The position numbers were made by a program, and so were the translations under genes. Of a stretch of 64,000 nucleotides of DNA, positions 47,734-56,908 are shown piece after piece. A model generated the notes under the pieces. The model was not told the DNA's origin. It did no database searches and was given only the letters and a program-made list of their open reading frames with translations. Location: positions 62,001 to 126,000 of IMG/VR virus record IMGVR_UViG_3300046787_000408; one strand, 5' to 3'. The stretch's first letter is position 1, and the number at the start of each line of letters is the position of its first letter.

Positions 47734-48308
47734 GCGCAGATATTGACATTGACATGCCCGACAGGGACGCTGTGCTGAAGTTGATTCAGCATACTCCGGC
47801 ACGGATTGAATCAGGAACATCTGTACGCAAACACAATTCAGGTATCTATGTTACAGATATCCCACAAGATCCTGTGCATGGTGTATCTGCATTAGACTAC
47901 GAAACTGCTGAAGCTCGTGGCTATTTCAAACTGGATTTTCTGAACATGAGCGTGTACAGTTTGATTCAAAGTCCCGAACACTATGATGCTATGCTAGCAG
48001 AAACTCCTCCATGGAGCCGCTTGTGGACAGATGCTCATTGGGTCAGCCAGCTGTCACATGTAGGCAGTTATTATGATTTGTTGAAAGAAATGAAACCAGA
48101 CAGTATACCAAGACTGGCTGCTTTTATATCAATTATTCGTCCAGGAAAAGCACATCTACAAAGAAAACCTTGGGCAGAAGTGTTTGCAAGTGTATGGGAT
48201 GGAGATACCAGTCGGGGCTACACATTCAAAAAGGCACATGCAATTAGCTATGCAGCCTTGGTAGCGCTACACATGAATCTGCTTAATCAATCCGCCGAAC
48301 CAGTGTAA
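47730..48308 (+). CDS. Miniature DNA polymerase III alpha (DnaE/PolC) catalytic-domain protein
   Basis: DIDID, KHNSGIYV, GYFKLDFL, LAAFISIIRPG and GYTFKKAHAISYA match DnaE motifs (PDFDVDF, KHAGGVVI, GLVKFDFL, LVALFRPG, GYGFNKSHSAAYA) in order. Confidence 0.82.
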   Translation: MSADIDIDMPDRDAVLKLIQHTPARIESGTSVRKHNSGIYVTDIPQDPVHGVSALDYETAEARGYFKLDFLNMSVYSLIQSPEHYDAMLAETPPWSRLWTDAHWVSQLSHVGSYYDLLKEMKPDSIPRLAAFISIIRPGKAHLQRKPWAEVFASVWDGDTSRGYTFKKAHAISYAALVALHMNLLNQSAEPV

Positions 48309-48660
48309 TTGATTTTCTCTTGCTTTTTTTGCGAGCAATGTCCAGTAAGCTGCAAGCAGGTCCGTGCAGTATTTCTAGGTCTTTGTTTGAAAATGTACGC
48401 AAGGTGTGTCTGAATCGATCCCATTCTCCGCGCAAGAAAATGTTAATGGGTATGCTGCGATTGCTCTCCCACCACCAGGTATTTGCTAGTTCTAGGAATA
48501 CCAGTTTGTCTTGTAAGTCAGTAACATGACCAAAGTCGTAGATGGTAGTAACAGTGTCGTCTCTGTTTTGAACTATGCCCACGTATTCCACGTTTGCGTA
48601 CAAGCAAAGCGTGATAAAGGGGTATTTTTCTGCTAACTTAGTAAAGATGTCGTTGCCCAT
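48283..48660 (-). CDS. Hypothetical protein
   Basis: 125 aa ORF containing WWWESNRSIPINIFL. Confidence 0.65.
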   Translation of the reverse strand: MGNDIFTKLAEKYPFITLCLYANVEYVGIVQNRDDTVTTIYDFGHVTDLQDKLVFLELANTWWWESNRSIPINIFLRGEWDRFRHTLRTFSNKDLEILHGPACSLLDIARKKSKRKSITLVRRID

Positions 48661-48680
48661 AAATATTGTTCGAGGATCCT

Positions 48681-49751
48681 ATGTATTCCACCACAGCATA
48701 CTTATACCAACAAATTACCAAAGTATTATTGATTGACACCAGTGGTGGCTATTTCCAAGCGAGGTATAACCCAGTGTACGCAAAACAACTAACTATCAAC
48801 AAGGGCGTGGACAACGTTCTGTTGTTTGAATTCATCAATCAGGACCAAAAGCCTGTGAACATCACTGGCAGCGCCTTTGTGTTTAGATTGATCAGCCAAG
48901 ACGGTGACGAACTGTTGCTGTCCAAGGACATGACCATTCTTAGTGCCCCATTAGGGCGAGTCAAAGTCACTTTAGATACCGCAGATACTATCAATCTCAT
49001 GGCACAACCGGCCAGCTACAGTATTCAACGCACATCTGGCGATTATGTTCAAGCAGTGTATACTGATGCAAATTCACAAGCTCGCGCCGACTGCAACATT
49101 GTAGATTCTGTGTTTCCTGAATTCCAACTCAGCAACAATCTTACAATTCCCACAATATATGGCCCAACTAGTTGGCCGCAAAATCCGCCTGCAGGCTGGC
49201 CGGACTGGGCACTGACCCCGCAACCACAAAACTACACTCAAACAACTGAATTTTACTCTAGTGAAATCCCCACACACGGGGCTAGTTTGACCACAATCAA
49301 AATGGACCTGCATCATTTTACTGGAACCATCAAGGCCCAAGCAGCAGAAGACTATGAGTCTGCTTGGTATGACGTTACTGCCAGCACACAGTATCTAAAT
49401 GAAACCAGTACTATCTATCTGAATGTACCAGGATTTCATCCACTAATTCGGGTAGCATTTAACCAAAGCCAAGGTTGGGGCGCACAAGCCACAGCCACAG
49501 TAGTAGATGGTGTGGTTACTGGTATCACTTTGCAGAACCCAGGACAGAATTACATTGCTGCACCCAATGTGATTATTGTTGGTAACGGTGCAGGTGCTGA
49601 AGCTGTGGCGTCTTATGCTGGCGACGGACAAGTGGGTGCTATCACTGTCACTGCTGGTGGCGCTGGATATTTGCCAATCACATTCGGCAGTCCTACCTAT
49701 GCCAATGTTGTCATAAACAACGGTACAGTTACCAATTTACTTTATAGATGA
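48681..49751 (+). CDS. Baseplate/tail-associated structural protein (BppU-like N-terminus)
   Basis: Ig-like N-terminal region (NQDQKPVNITG...GRVKVTL) and C-terminal A.A.V.G.V..I......G.GY...P.V repeats. TAAATA plus GAGG upstream. Confidence 0.55.
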   Translation: MYSTTAYLYQQITKVLLIDTSGGYFQARYNPVYAKQLTINKGVDNVLLFEFINQDQKPVNITGSAFVFRLISQDGDELLLSKDMTILSAPLGRVKVTLDTADTINLMAQPASYSIQRTSGDYVQAVYTDANSQARADCNIVDSVFPEFQLSNNLTIPTIYGPTSWPQNPPAGWPDWALTPQPQNYTQTTEFYSSEIPTHGASLTTIKMDLHHFTGTIKAQAAEDYESAWYDVTASTQYLNETSTIYLNVPGFHPLIRVAFNQSQGWGAQATATVVDGVVTGITLQNPGQNYIAAPNVIIVGNGAGAEAVASYAGDGQVGAITVTAGGAGYLPITFGSPTYANVVINNGTVTNLLYR

Positions 49752-49775
49752 GTCTACTTCTGTTATAATTAACAG

Positions 49776-50744
49776 ATGTTGGACATTCTCACTTATCTGC
49801 CTGCCAAGCGTAAATCAAGCCCTAGTGGCTGGTTGAGCTTTAATGCAGTATGTTGTAGTCACAATGGTGCTAGCCTAGATCGTCGCAGTCGCGGCGGCAT
49901 CAAACTGTCCGATCAAGGATGGAGTTATCATTGTTTCAACTGCGGGTATACTGCTAGCTTTATTCTTGGCCGCTCGGTAAGCTACAAAGCCCGTAGACTC
50001 TTGAGCTGGCTGGGTGTACCTGATCGTGATATTGAACTGATCAACCTTGACAGTCTAAGACATCGCAACATCAATGGGTTAATTGAGGATCGGCAACGCA
50101 CATTTAACGTACTGCAAGGTATTGAGTTTGAAGAACGTGAATTGCCTGCTGGCGCAGAGTTTGTGCAACCTGGCACCACTTACTGGAGCTACCTATCCGC
50201 ACGCCATGCCCCGACCAATTTTCCGTTCATGATTGATCCCATGAGCAAGCGCAAAGGTATCATTATACCTTTCACACACAACAATCGTGTGGTAGGATGG
50301 ACCAAGCGTTTCCTGGATGCACATAACCCCAGATACTTTAGCGATAGTCAGCCAGGCTATGTGTTTGGTACTGATTTACAACATCCAGACTGGCAGCATG
50401 TGATTGTAACTGAAGGCATCTTTGATGCACTCAGCATTGGTGGTCTAGGTCTAATGCACAACGACATCAATGATGCTCAGGCTAGACTGATACGCAGTTT
50501 GGAGCGTCAAATCACTGTGGTACCTGATCAAGACAGTGCAGGCTTGGCTCTGATTGATCGTGCTGTGGAATTGGGATGGGCAGTGAGCATACCCAACTGG
50601 GATGATGGCGTCAAGGACGTTAATGATGCGGTGAAGAAATACGGGCGTTTGGGTACCTTGCTAACTATTATGCAGGCACGAGAAACCAGCAGAATCAAAA
50701 TTGAACTAAGGAAAAAAGCACTTGTTAAAAGAATACAACACTGA
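49776..50744 (+). CDS. gp61: DNA primase (Zn ribbon + TOPRIM)
   Basis: CC.H...YHCFNCG, IVTEGIFDAL, VPDQD.AG, KDVND. Confidence 0.88.
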   Translation: MLDILTYLPAKRKSSPSGWLSFNAVCCSHNGASLDRRSRGGIKLSDQGWSYHCFNCGYTASFILGRSVSYKARRLLSWLGVPDRDIELINLDSLRHRNINGLIEDRQRTFNVLQGIEFEERELPAGAEFVQPGTTYWSYLSARHAPTNFPFMIDPMSKRKGIIIPFTHNNRVVGWTKRFLDAHNPRYFSDSQPGYVFGTDLQHPDWQHVIVTEGIFDALSIGGLGLMHNDINDAQARLIRSLERQITVVPDQDSAGLALIDRAVELGWAVSIPNWDDGVKDVNDAVKKYGRLGTLLTIMQARETSRIKIELRKKALVKRIQH

Positions 50745-52158
50745 AGTACAGCGATTGTTTTTGGAAATGATGTTAGAAGACGCCAGCTCGTATGTGCGTG
50801 TGCAAAACATTTACAATCCAGAAAACTTTGATCGTAGTCTACGCAAAGCCGCAGAGTTTATTAAAGAACACTCAGACAAGTACAAGACTCTGCCAGATCG
50901 CACACAGATATCTGCGGCATGTGGTGTTACATTGCAAGCAGTACCTGATCTAAACGAAGGGCACAATGAATGGTTCATGTCTGAGTTTGAAAGCTTTACC
51001 AAGCGTCAAGAACTTGAACGTGCTATTCTCAAAGCAGCCGACTTGCTGGAAAAGGGTGATTTTGATCCTGTGGAAAAACTGATCAAGGATGCAGTGCAGA
51101 TCAGCTTGACCAAGGACATGGGTACAGACTATTTTGCTGACCCTGCAGGCCGTATCAACAAGTACTTCAATTCAGGCGGACAAGTTAGCACAGGCTGGCC
51201 ACAAATGGATCGACTGCTGTATGGCGGATTCAGTCGTGGTGAACTCAACATCTTTGCAGGTGGATCAGGTTCAGGCAAGTCACTTGTGATGATGAACATT
51301 GCGCTGAACTGGTTGCAACAAGGTCTAAGTGGTGTTTACATCAGTCTTGAATTGAGTGAAGAACTGACATCGTTGCGTACTGACGCTATGTTGACCAGTA
51401 TGAGTACCAAGGACATTCGCAAGGACATTGATTCAGCAGAGCTCAAGGTCAAGATGACAGGGCGCACAGCAGGCAAATACCGTGTTAAAGCATTGCCAGC
51501 ACAAAGCAACATCAATGATATTCGCAGTTACATCAAAGAAGTGCAGATACAAACAGGTATCCGCGTGGACTTTATCATGGTAGACTACTTGGACTTGCTG
51601 ATGCCAGTAAGCGCCAAGGTCAGTCCCAACGACTTGTTTGTGAAAGACAAGTATGTGTCAGAAGAATTACGAAACTTGGCCAAAGAGCTGGGTGTGTTGC
51701 TGGTAACAGCATCACAGTTGAATCGATCAGCGGTGGAAGAAATTGAATTTGATCACTCACACATTAGTGGTGGTATTTCAAAGATCAACACAGCTGATAA
51801 CGTGTTTGGTATCTTTACTAGTCGTGCTATGAAAGAGCGCGGCAAGTATCAAATACAGTGTATGAAATCTCGAAGCTCGACCGGCGTTGGTCAAAAAATT
51901 GATTTGGAGTATAACATTGACACTATGCGTATTACTGATGAAGGCGGGGACGAAGGCGGATACAACAAACCGCAAAGTGCTATCATGGAATCAATCAAGG
52001 CCAAAAGCCAAGTCAAGGCTGCTGATGCCGAAACAAACAGCAGTGCTCCATGGGAACGTGCAACAGGAACCCCTGCATGGGAGCAAGGACCCAAAGTATC
52101 AGCAGACGTTCAAAGTTCTAAACTAAAACAAATGCTGGGCAAGATCAAAGCAGGGTAA
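50722..52158 (+). CDS. gp41: Replicative DnaB-like helicase
   Basis: GGSGSGKS, YISLE, VDYLDL, TASQLNR. Confidence 0.92.
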   Translation: MLKEYNTEVQRLFLEMMLEDASSYVRVQNIYNPENFDRSLRKAAEFIKEHSDKYKTLPDRTQISAACGVTLQAVPDLNEGHNEWFMSEFESFTKRQELERAILKAADLLEKGDFDPVEKLIKDAVQISLTKDMGTDYFADPAGRINKYFNSGGQVSTGWPQMDRLLYGGFSRGELNIFAGGSGSGKSLVMMNIALNWLQQGLSGVYISLELSEELTSLRTDAMLTSMSTKDIRKDIDSAELKVKMTGRTAGKYRVKALPAQSNINDIRSYIKEVQIQTGIRVDFIMVDYLDLLMPVSAKVSPNDLFVKDKYVSEELRNLAKELGVLLVTASQLNRSAVEEIEFDHSHISGGISKINTADNVFGIFTSRAMKERGKYQIQCMKSRSSTGVGQKIDLEYNIDTMRITDEGGDEGGYNKPQSAIMESIKAKSQVKAADAETNSSAPWERATGTPAWEQGPKVSADVQSSKLKQMLGKIKAG

Positions 52159-52159
52159 C

Positions 52160-53113
52160 ATGATTACTTGCGTAGATGCGTTTAAAAATCTAAACGTTGT
52201 TATACAGCAAGGTGGTACTAGAATATCGCCTTGTTGTATATCGCCTACTGTGCCGGTACAGCAGTTGGATTTTAACCACAGCTACCTAACTTCTATTAGA
52301 GAAAGTTTTTCTCAAGGAACATGGCCTTCTAGCTGTGTTAATTGCAAAACTAACGAGCAAGCAGGATATACTAGTAGACGGATAGGCAGTAACCAATGGT
52401 ATACTGATCATCAAATAAACAACCACTCAGTTGAATTAACTAGGATAGACTATTGGACTGGTGACACCTGCAACCTTGCTTGTGTAATATGTGGTCCTGA
52501 AAACAGCAGTATGTGGCAACAGGAATTGGGGATTCAAAAATCATCAGTTGCCAACACACTATGGAAGCAACTGAATCTAACAGCATTAAAATCTGTACAC
52601 TTCAACGGAGGAGAACCGTTGTTGAGTAAAGAGCATGTGCGATTTTTACATGCAATTCCAAATAAATCACAAGTATATTTAAATTACAATACCAACGGAA
52701 CTATTTTACCTAATCAAGAGCTACAACAATTGTGGGCTGAATTCAAGTTAGTACAATTGGATTTTAGTATTGATGATGTAGGCAAAAGATTTGAATACCA
52801 GCGATATCCTGCCCAATGGGATACAATTGAAAACAATTTACAATGGTACATTGAATCTGCTCCGCACAATTGTATGTTCGCAGTCAACACCACAGTGGGG
52901 ATATTGAATCAAAATAACTTAGCTACTCTTGATCAGTGGTTGTTGGAGCATTTTACCCAATCAAGATTTGGTGATCCAATTGAGCATCGTCGACAGAATG
53001 CATTGGGTAAATTTTCAATAACATCTGATATTATACAGGTACGACTGCACCTTGACACACTAGATCAAAGACGCAAAACCAATTGGCGTCTTGTGTTCCC
53101 AGAGTTAGCGTGA
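52160..53113 (+). CDS. Radical SAM protein with N-terminal twitch/SPASM-like domain
   Basis: ISPCC, C..C, CNLACVIC, NGGEP, YNTNG. Confidence 0.85.
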   Translation: MITCVDAFKNLNVVIQQGGTRISPCCISPTVPVQQLDFNHSYLTSIRESFSQGTWPSSCVNCKTNEQAGYTSRRIGSNQWYTDHQINNHSVELTRIDYWTGDTCNLACVICGPENSSMWQQELGIQKSSVANTLWKQLNLTALKSVHFNGGEPLLSKEHVRFLHAIPNKSQVYLNYNTNGTILPNQELQQLWAEFKLVQLDFSIDDVGKRFEYQRYPAQWDTIENNLQWYIESAPHNCMFAVNTTVGILNQNNLATLDQWLLEHFTQSRFGDPIEHRRQNALGKFSITSDIIQVRLHLDTLDQRRKTNWRLVFPELA

Positions 53114-53752
53114 AGGCCAAACTGGAGCGTCAGCAGTGTAAATGGTTAAGCCCAACAAGCCACTGTAACGAACAGAATCTGTGCGATTCCAACCTTCGTG
53201 CCAGGTGTAGTTGCCATTTTGATGCCACCATCCATCACCAAAGTTGGTAGTCATACGCACAGGATCATCTCGTTGTTCTGTGCGGTAAAAGTAACTGCTG
53301 AGATCTTCGGTGTCATGATCGCTAAAGTATATCATGCCGGTGGCAATTAGTTTTCTGTAGTCAGTGTGCAGCCCGTTTACAAAGCCCGGCATGTCACGAG
53401 TAAATTCAATGTGTGTTTGGCTTTGTCTAAACATAGTGTCTCGATCCATGCCCCACGCAACATCTGTACCAGGATAGTTGTCGTACATCCAGTCAATGCT
53501 TTGACGTTTGAATTCTGAACCACCAAAGTATCGACTGATAGCAGTTAGTTTTTTGTTCTCCCACTTTGGACTCAGCACCTTGTAACGCATGCCTGGCCAA
53601 GGGTTGTGCCCAACAGGAGCCACATCACCGTGTGGTTTCCATTCTTCATTTTCTAGTTCTGCAATAATATCACTGTAGCTGAATGGCATTTTGAGATGCA
53701 GTTTGCTCACAAGATAACGAATGGGAGTGAATATAGTGGATAGTTCTGTCAT
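53105..53752 (-). CDS. 2OG-Fe(II) oxygenase-like protein
   Basis: LHTD...IYF...WHEG...R. Start re-picked 8 nt after a minus-strand TAAATA. Confidence 0.65.
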   Translation of the reverse strand: MTELSTIFTPIRYLVSKLHLKMPFSYSDIIAELENEEWKPHGDVAPVGHNPWPGMRYKVLSPKWENKKLTAISRYFGGSEFKRQSIDWMYDNYPGTDVAWGMDRDTMFRQSQTHIEFTRDMPGFVNGLHTDYRKLIATGMIYFSDHDTEDLSSYFYRTEQRDDPVRMTTNFGDGWWHQNGNYTWHEGWNRTDSVRYSGLLGLTIYTADAPVWPSR

Positions 53753-53785
53753 AGCATACATATTTAATCATGGGATACACACACA

Positions 53786-54982
53786 ATGGAAAAAGGTAAA
53801 AATTTGTATTGTGCCTGGGCTGACACAGGCCTAGCACTGCATAATTCAGGACGATGCTTGCTGTGTTGTCATAGCCAAACTTATTTGCAGGACACAAATG
53901 GCCAGGAAATATACCTGGACACAGGCTCTATTGAACAGGCCTGGAACAGTCCCACTAGAAAACAAATTCAAGCAGATCTTGAAGCTGGTATTCAGCATCC
54001 CAATTGCAGCGCATGTTGGAACGAAGAAAGTGCAGGGCGTGCAAGTCGCCGCACAGAAGCCAATCGACAGTTTGCTGATATCACTGTCAACCCTGACCGT
54101 CCGCAACTGGTAGACCTTAAACCTGGCAATACCTGCAACTTGGCATGCAGAACCTGTTGGCCTGAAGTCAGCAGCAAATGGTATCGAGACTATTGGGAAG
54201 TTGAAGCTCAGAAATGGGAACCAGACTACCGCAAGTATCTTGATGGGTGGAAACGTATCCGCACCAGTTATGACCGCGATAACGTAAAGCTGTGGTCTGA
54301 CCTAGAATCGTGGTTTACAGACGTAGAGTACTATGACATCTACGGGGCAGAGCCAATGCTGTTGGACAATGTGTTTGTGATCTTACAACAAAGTGTGGCA
54401 TCAGGTAGAGCAGCACATCAAGGCATACACATCAACACCAACTGTACTATATGGAATCAAAGCTACATTGATATTCTTGCACAATTCAAGAACGTGGTTA
54501 TTGACGTTAGCATTGATGGGATTGGCGCACAATATGACTATATTCGTTATGGCGAAACTTGGAGCACTGTGGAACTGAATCTTGCTAGGTATCAGAATCT
54601 AGTTCGTAACCACAGCAACATTCGCATGCATGTTTGTGTCACTGTGTGTATTCTAAATGTATTGCAAGTGATGAACCTGCAGGAATATTTTTGTGCCCGT
54701 GGTGTTCCTGTATTTTTTAACATGGTACATCATCCACAACACTTGAATGTGAGATCCTTGCCTGACACTATCAAACAACAGGTACGAGCCAAGTTTGCAC
54801 CTGCTGAACCCAATTGGCAAATAACCAGTATACTGGATTTCATGGACATGCCCCTGGACAATCAACCTCAACTGTGGCTCAAGTTCTTGGAGTCAACAAA
54901 AAAGCTAGACCTGTTACGAGAACAAGATCTAGCTGAAACGTTTCCTGAATTGGCAGAATTGATTAGCCGGCTACAGCCTTGA
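53786..54982 (+). CDS. Radical SAM protein with N-terminal twitch/SPASM-like domain
   Basis: YCAW...G...LCC, C..CW..E, CNLACRTC, GAEP, INTNC, SIDG. Confidence 0.87.
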   Translation: MEKGKNLYCAWADTGLALHNSGRCLLCCHSQTYLQDTNGQEIYLDTGSIEQAWNSPTRKQIQADLEAGIQHPNCSACWNEESAGRASRRTEANRQFADITVNPDRPQLVDLKPGNTCNLACRTCWPEVSSKWYRDYWEVEAQKWEPDYRKYLDGWKRIRTSYDRDNVKLWSDLESWFTDVEYYDIYGAEPMLLDNVFVILQQSVASGRAAHQGIHINTNCTIWNQSYIDILAQFKNVVIDVSIDGIGAQYDYIRYGETWSTVELNLARYQNLVRNHSNIRMHVCVTVCILNVLQVMNLQEYFCARGVPVFFNMVHHPQHLNVRSLPDTIKQQVRAKFAPAEPNWQITSILDFMDMPLDNQPQLWLKFLESTKKLDLLREQDLAETFPELAELISRLQP

Positions 54983-55904
54983 TCACAGCAAAGTTAAAGA
55001 CTGGTTGTTCAGTAGTGGTTCCTGCAGTGGTTTTATAGCTGATACGGAAACTACCTGCAGCCACAGCAGTAACGTGTATTTCATACAGATCAGTGCCAGA
55101 CTTTTGATTTACAATAACAACGTCAGTTGCAGCCACTGTGGAATTGGTTACAGTAAAGCTCTGCCAAGATGTCGTACCAGCAGCAGAAAACAAAGTAATG
55201 GCACCAGATACTGTGTTTAGTGTAACACCTGTGGTTCTACTGGTACCTTGTGTTACAGCACCACCTGCACCTGTAGCGTAGCCAATACCAGCTGTGGCAG
55301 AATTAGAAGTTACACCATTGGTGTAACGATTCAATGGACGGTTAAGGTCTTGAATAGTTATTGCTGCACCGCTATCGTATGTGGTAAATTCAAATGTGTA
55401 TGTGCCAGTAGCAGCAAATGTGATCACACTGCCTGCTAGGCCTTGAATACCAGTAGTGCCCAAACTTACTTCAGCAGGTAGTGTCACAGTGTGTGCGATA
55501 TTGGTAATGTTTATTGTTACACGAACCCATCCTGCAGAGTTATTGGCGGGCCAGTTAGAAAAGCCCAATTGAATACTGCCAGTTGTGCTAACAGTTTGGT
55601 AATGCCCAGCAGTGTAGTCAATGCTGACCAAGCCCGAAGTAGTTGCAATCTGTACCAATGTTGCGCTAAAATTACGTACTTTAGCACCAACTAACGGTGC
55701 GCCCAACATGTTGTTGTCTAACGTGCTGCCAGTTAATGCTTCTTTGAATATAGATTTGTTCTGTAATTCAGTGATTTCATTAGCAGCATACTCAAAGTTG
55801 GTTTTGGTATTGGTAAAATTATCACGGAACCCTTTGGTATTATTGGGTTGTCCAGCAACAGGGTAGTTGCCGTTGATGTCTTGGGGATTGATTTGACTAG
55901 TCAT
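54963..55904 (-). CDS. Virion structural protein (tail/baseplate appendage-like)
   Basis: T/A/G/N-rich. N-terminal YPVAG..N...GFRDNF and C-terminal VTQ.TSRTTGVTLN beta domain. AGGA RBS and TAAATA at 55935-55940. Confidence 0.6.
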   Translation of the reverse strand: MTSQINPQDINGNYPVAGQPNNTKGFRDNFTNTKTNFEYAANEITELQNKSIFKEALTGSTLDNNMLGAPLVGAKVRNFSATLVQIATTSGLVSIDYTAGHYQTVSTTGSIQLGFSNWPANNSAGWVRVTINITNIAHTVTLPAEVSLGTTGIQGLAGSVITFAATGTYTFEFTTYDSGAAITIQDLNRPLNRYTNGVTSNSATAGIGYATGAGGAVTQGTSRTTGVTLNTVSGAITLFSAAGTTSWQSFTVTNSTVAATDVVIVNQKSGTDLYEIHVTAVAAGSFRISYKTTAGTTTEQPVFNFAVIKAVAG

Positions 55905-55983
55905 GTTGTTCCTTTGCTTTGCAGCAGTTGTAGATATTTATTAGAATTCAGAATCCGCTAAATAATCCAAAGGCCCTTGAACA

Positions 55984-56244
55984 ATGCAGAAGAAAACAAA
56001 AAGTATCTTGGAAGAATTGGACACATTGTACGAAGAAAAATATGCCGAGAGAGATCGCAGGTATATTATTGAAACTCGTGCTAGCAATGTAATTGCTTCT
56101 GCCATTCGCTTGATAGAACAAATTGAGTCAGAGTTCCCCGGGGAACAAGCAGAAAATCTCACACGCAAGCTGCTCAATGCCATAAGAACAAAAGACTCTG
56201 GAAAGTTTTCCAGATCAGTAAGGAAAACCGATGCAGATTCATGA
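55984..56244 (+). CDS. Small helical hypothetical protein
   Basis: ORF after TAAATA at 55959. Confidence 0.65.
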   Translation: MQKKTKSILEELDTLYEEKYAERDRRYIIETRASNVIASAIRLIEQIESEFPGEQAENLTRKLLNAIRTKDSGKFSRSVRKTDADS

Positions 56245-56908
56245 AATAACACACCGACAGATAAACGAAATATTGGGCACAATGGCCAAGGCTGTGGGCG
56301 GCGCCCTAGCGCAAAAAGCTGCATCAACACAAGGTATTGACCTAGACAGTCAACCTGACAAAGTGGGCGTGGGACAACGACAGGGTGCTGCCATGAAAAT
56401 GAACGCTGGCCTTATTCAAGCCCTGGCCAAGAAAGCACAAGAATCCTGGACCACAGAAGTACAAAACATGATTGTAAAAAGTGAGCCCAAGATCATGAGT
56501 GCGTCCCAGATCAAACTGCCCACAATTGAATTGGAACTTCAGGCCTTGATCAACAGCTTGGCTGGATTTGATGTAACCAGCCTGGCATCGGCCAAAGACC
56601 CCAGTGGACAAAGTCAACTTACTATTAAACAGCTATTGCAGGCCAAAGATGAAGTGGTCAAGGCCACTGTGGCACCCAAGGCTGATCCTGCTGCAATGAG
56701 TCGTGCATGGAACAGTTTGGCTACCATGATTTCCCAAGCACAAAACGTCAAGGCATTTGTGCCAGCTGAAGCTGGCGGCACACAGCCAGCAAAAATTACA
56801 TTCGACGCACAAGGTAAAATGTTGTACAACAACAAGCCTTTTGACGCTAGAGATCAAAGCCATGTCATGGCTCAACAACTTCAGGCCAAGGCCGCACCCA
56901 AAACATGA
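56231..56908 (+). CDS. Probable internal head protein
   Basis: MQIHEI...INE N-terminus. A/Q/K-rich helical. Confidence 0.55.
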   Translation: MQIHEITHRQINEILGTMAKAVGGALAQKAASTQGIDLDSQPDKVGVGQRQGAAMKMNAGLIQALAKKAQESWTTEVQNMIVKSEPKIMSASQIKLPTIELELQALINSLAGFDVTSLASAKDPSGQSQLTIKQLLQAKDEVVKATVAPKADPAAMSRAWNSLATMISQAQNVKAFVPAEAGGTQPAKITFDAQGKMLYNNKPFDARDQSHVMAQQLQAKAAPKT

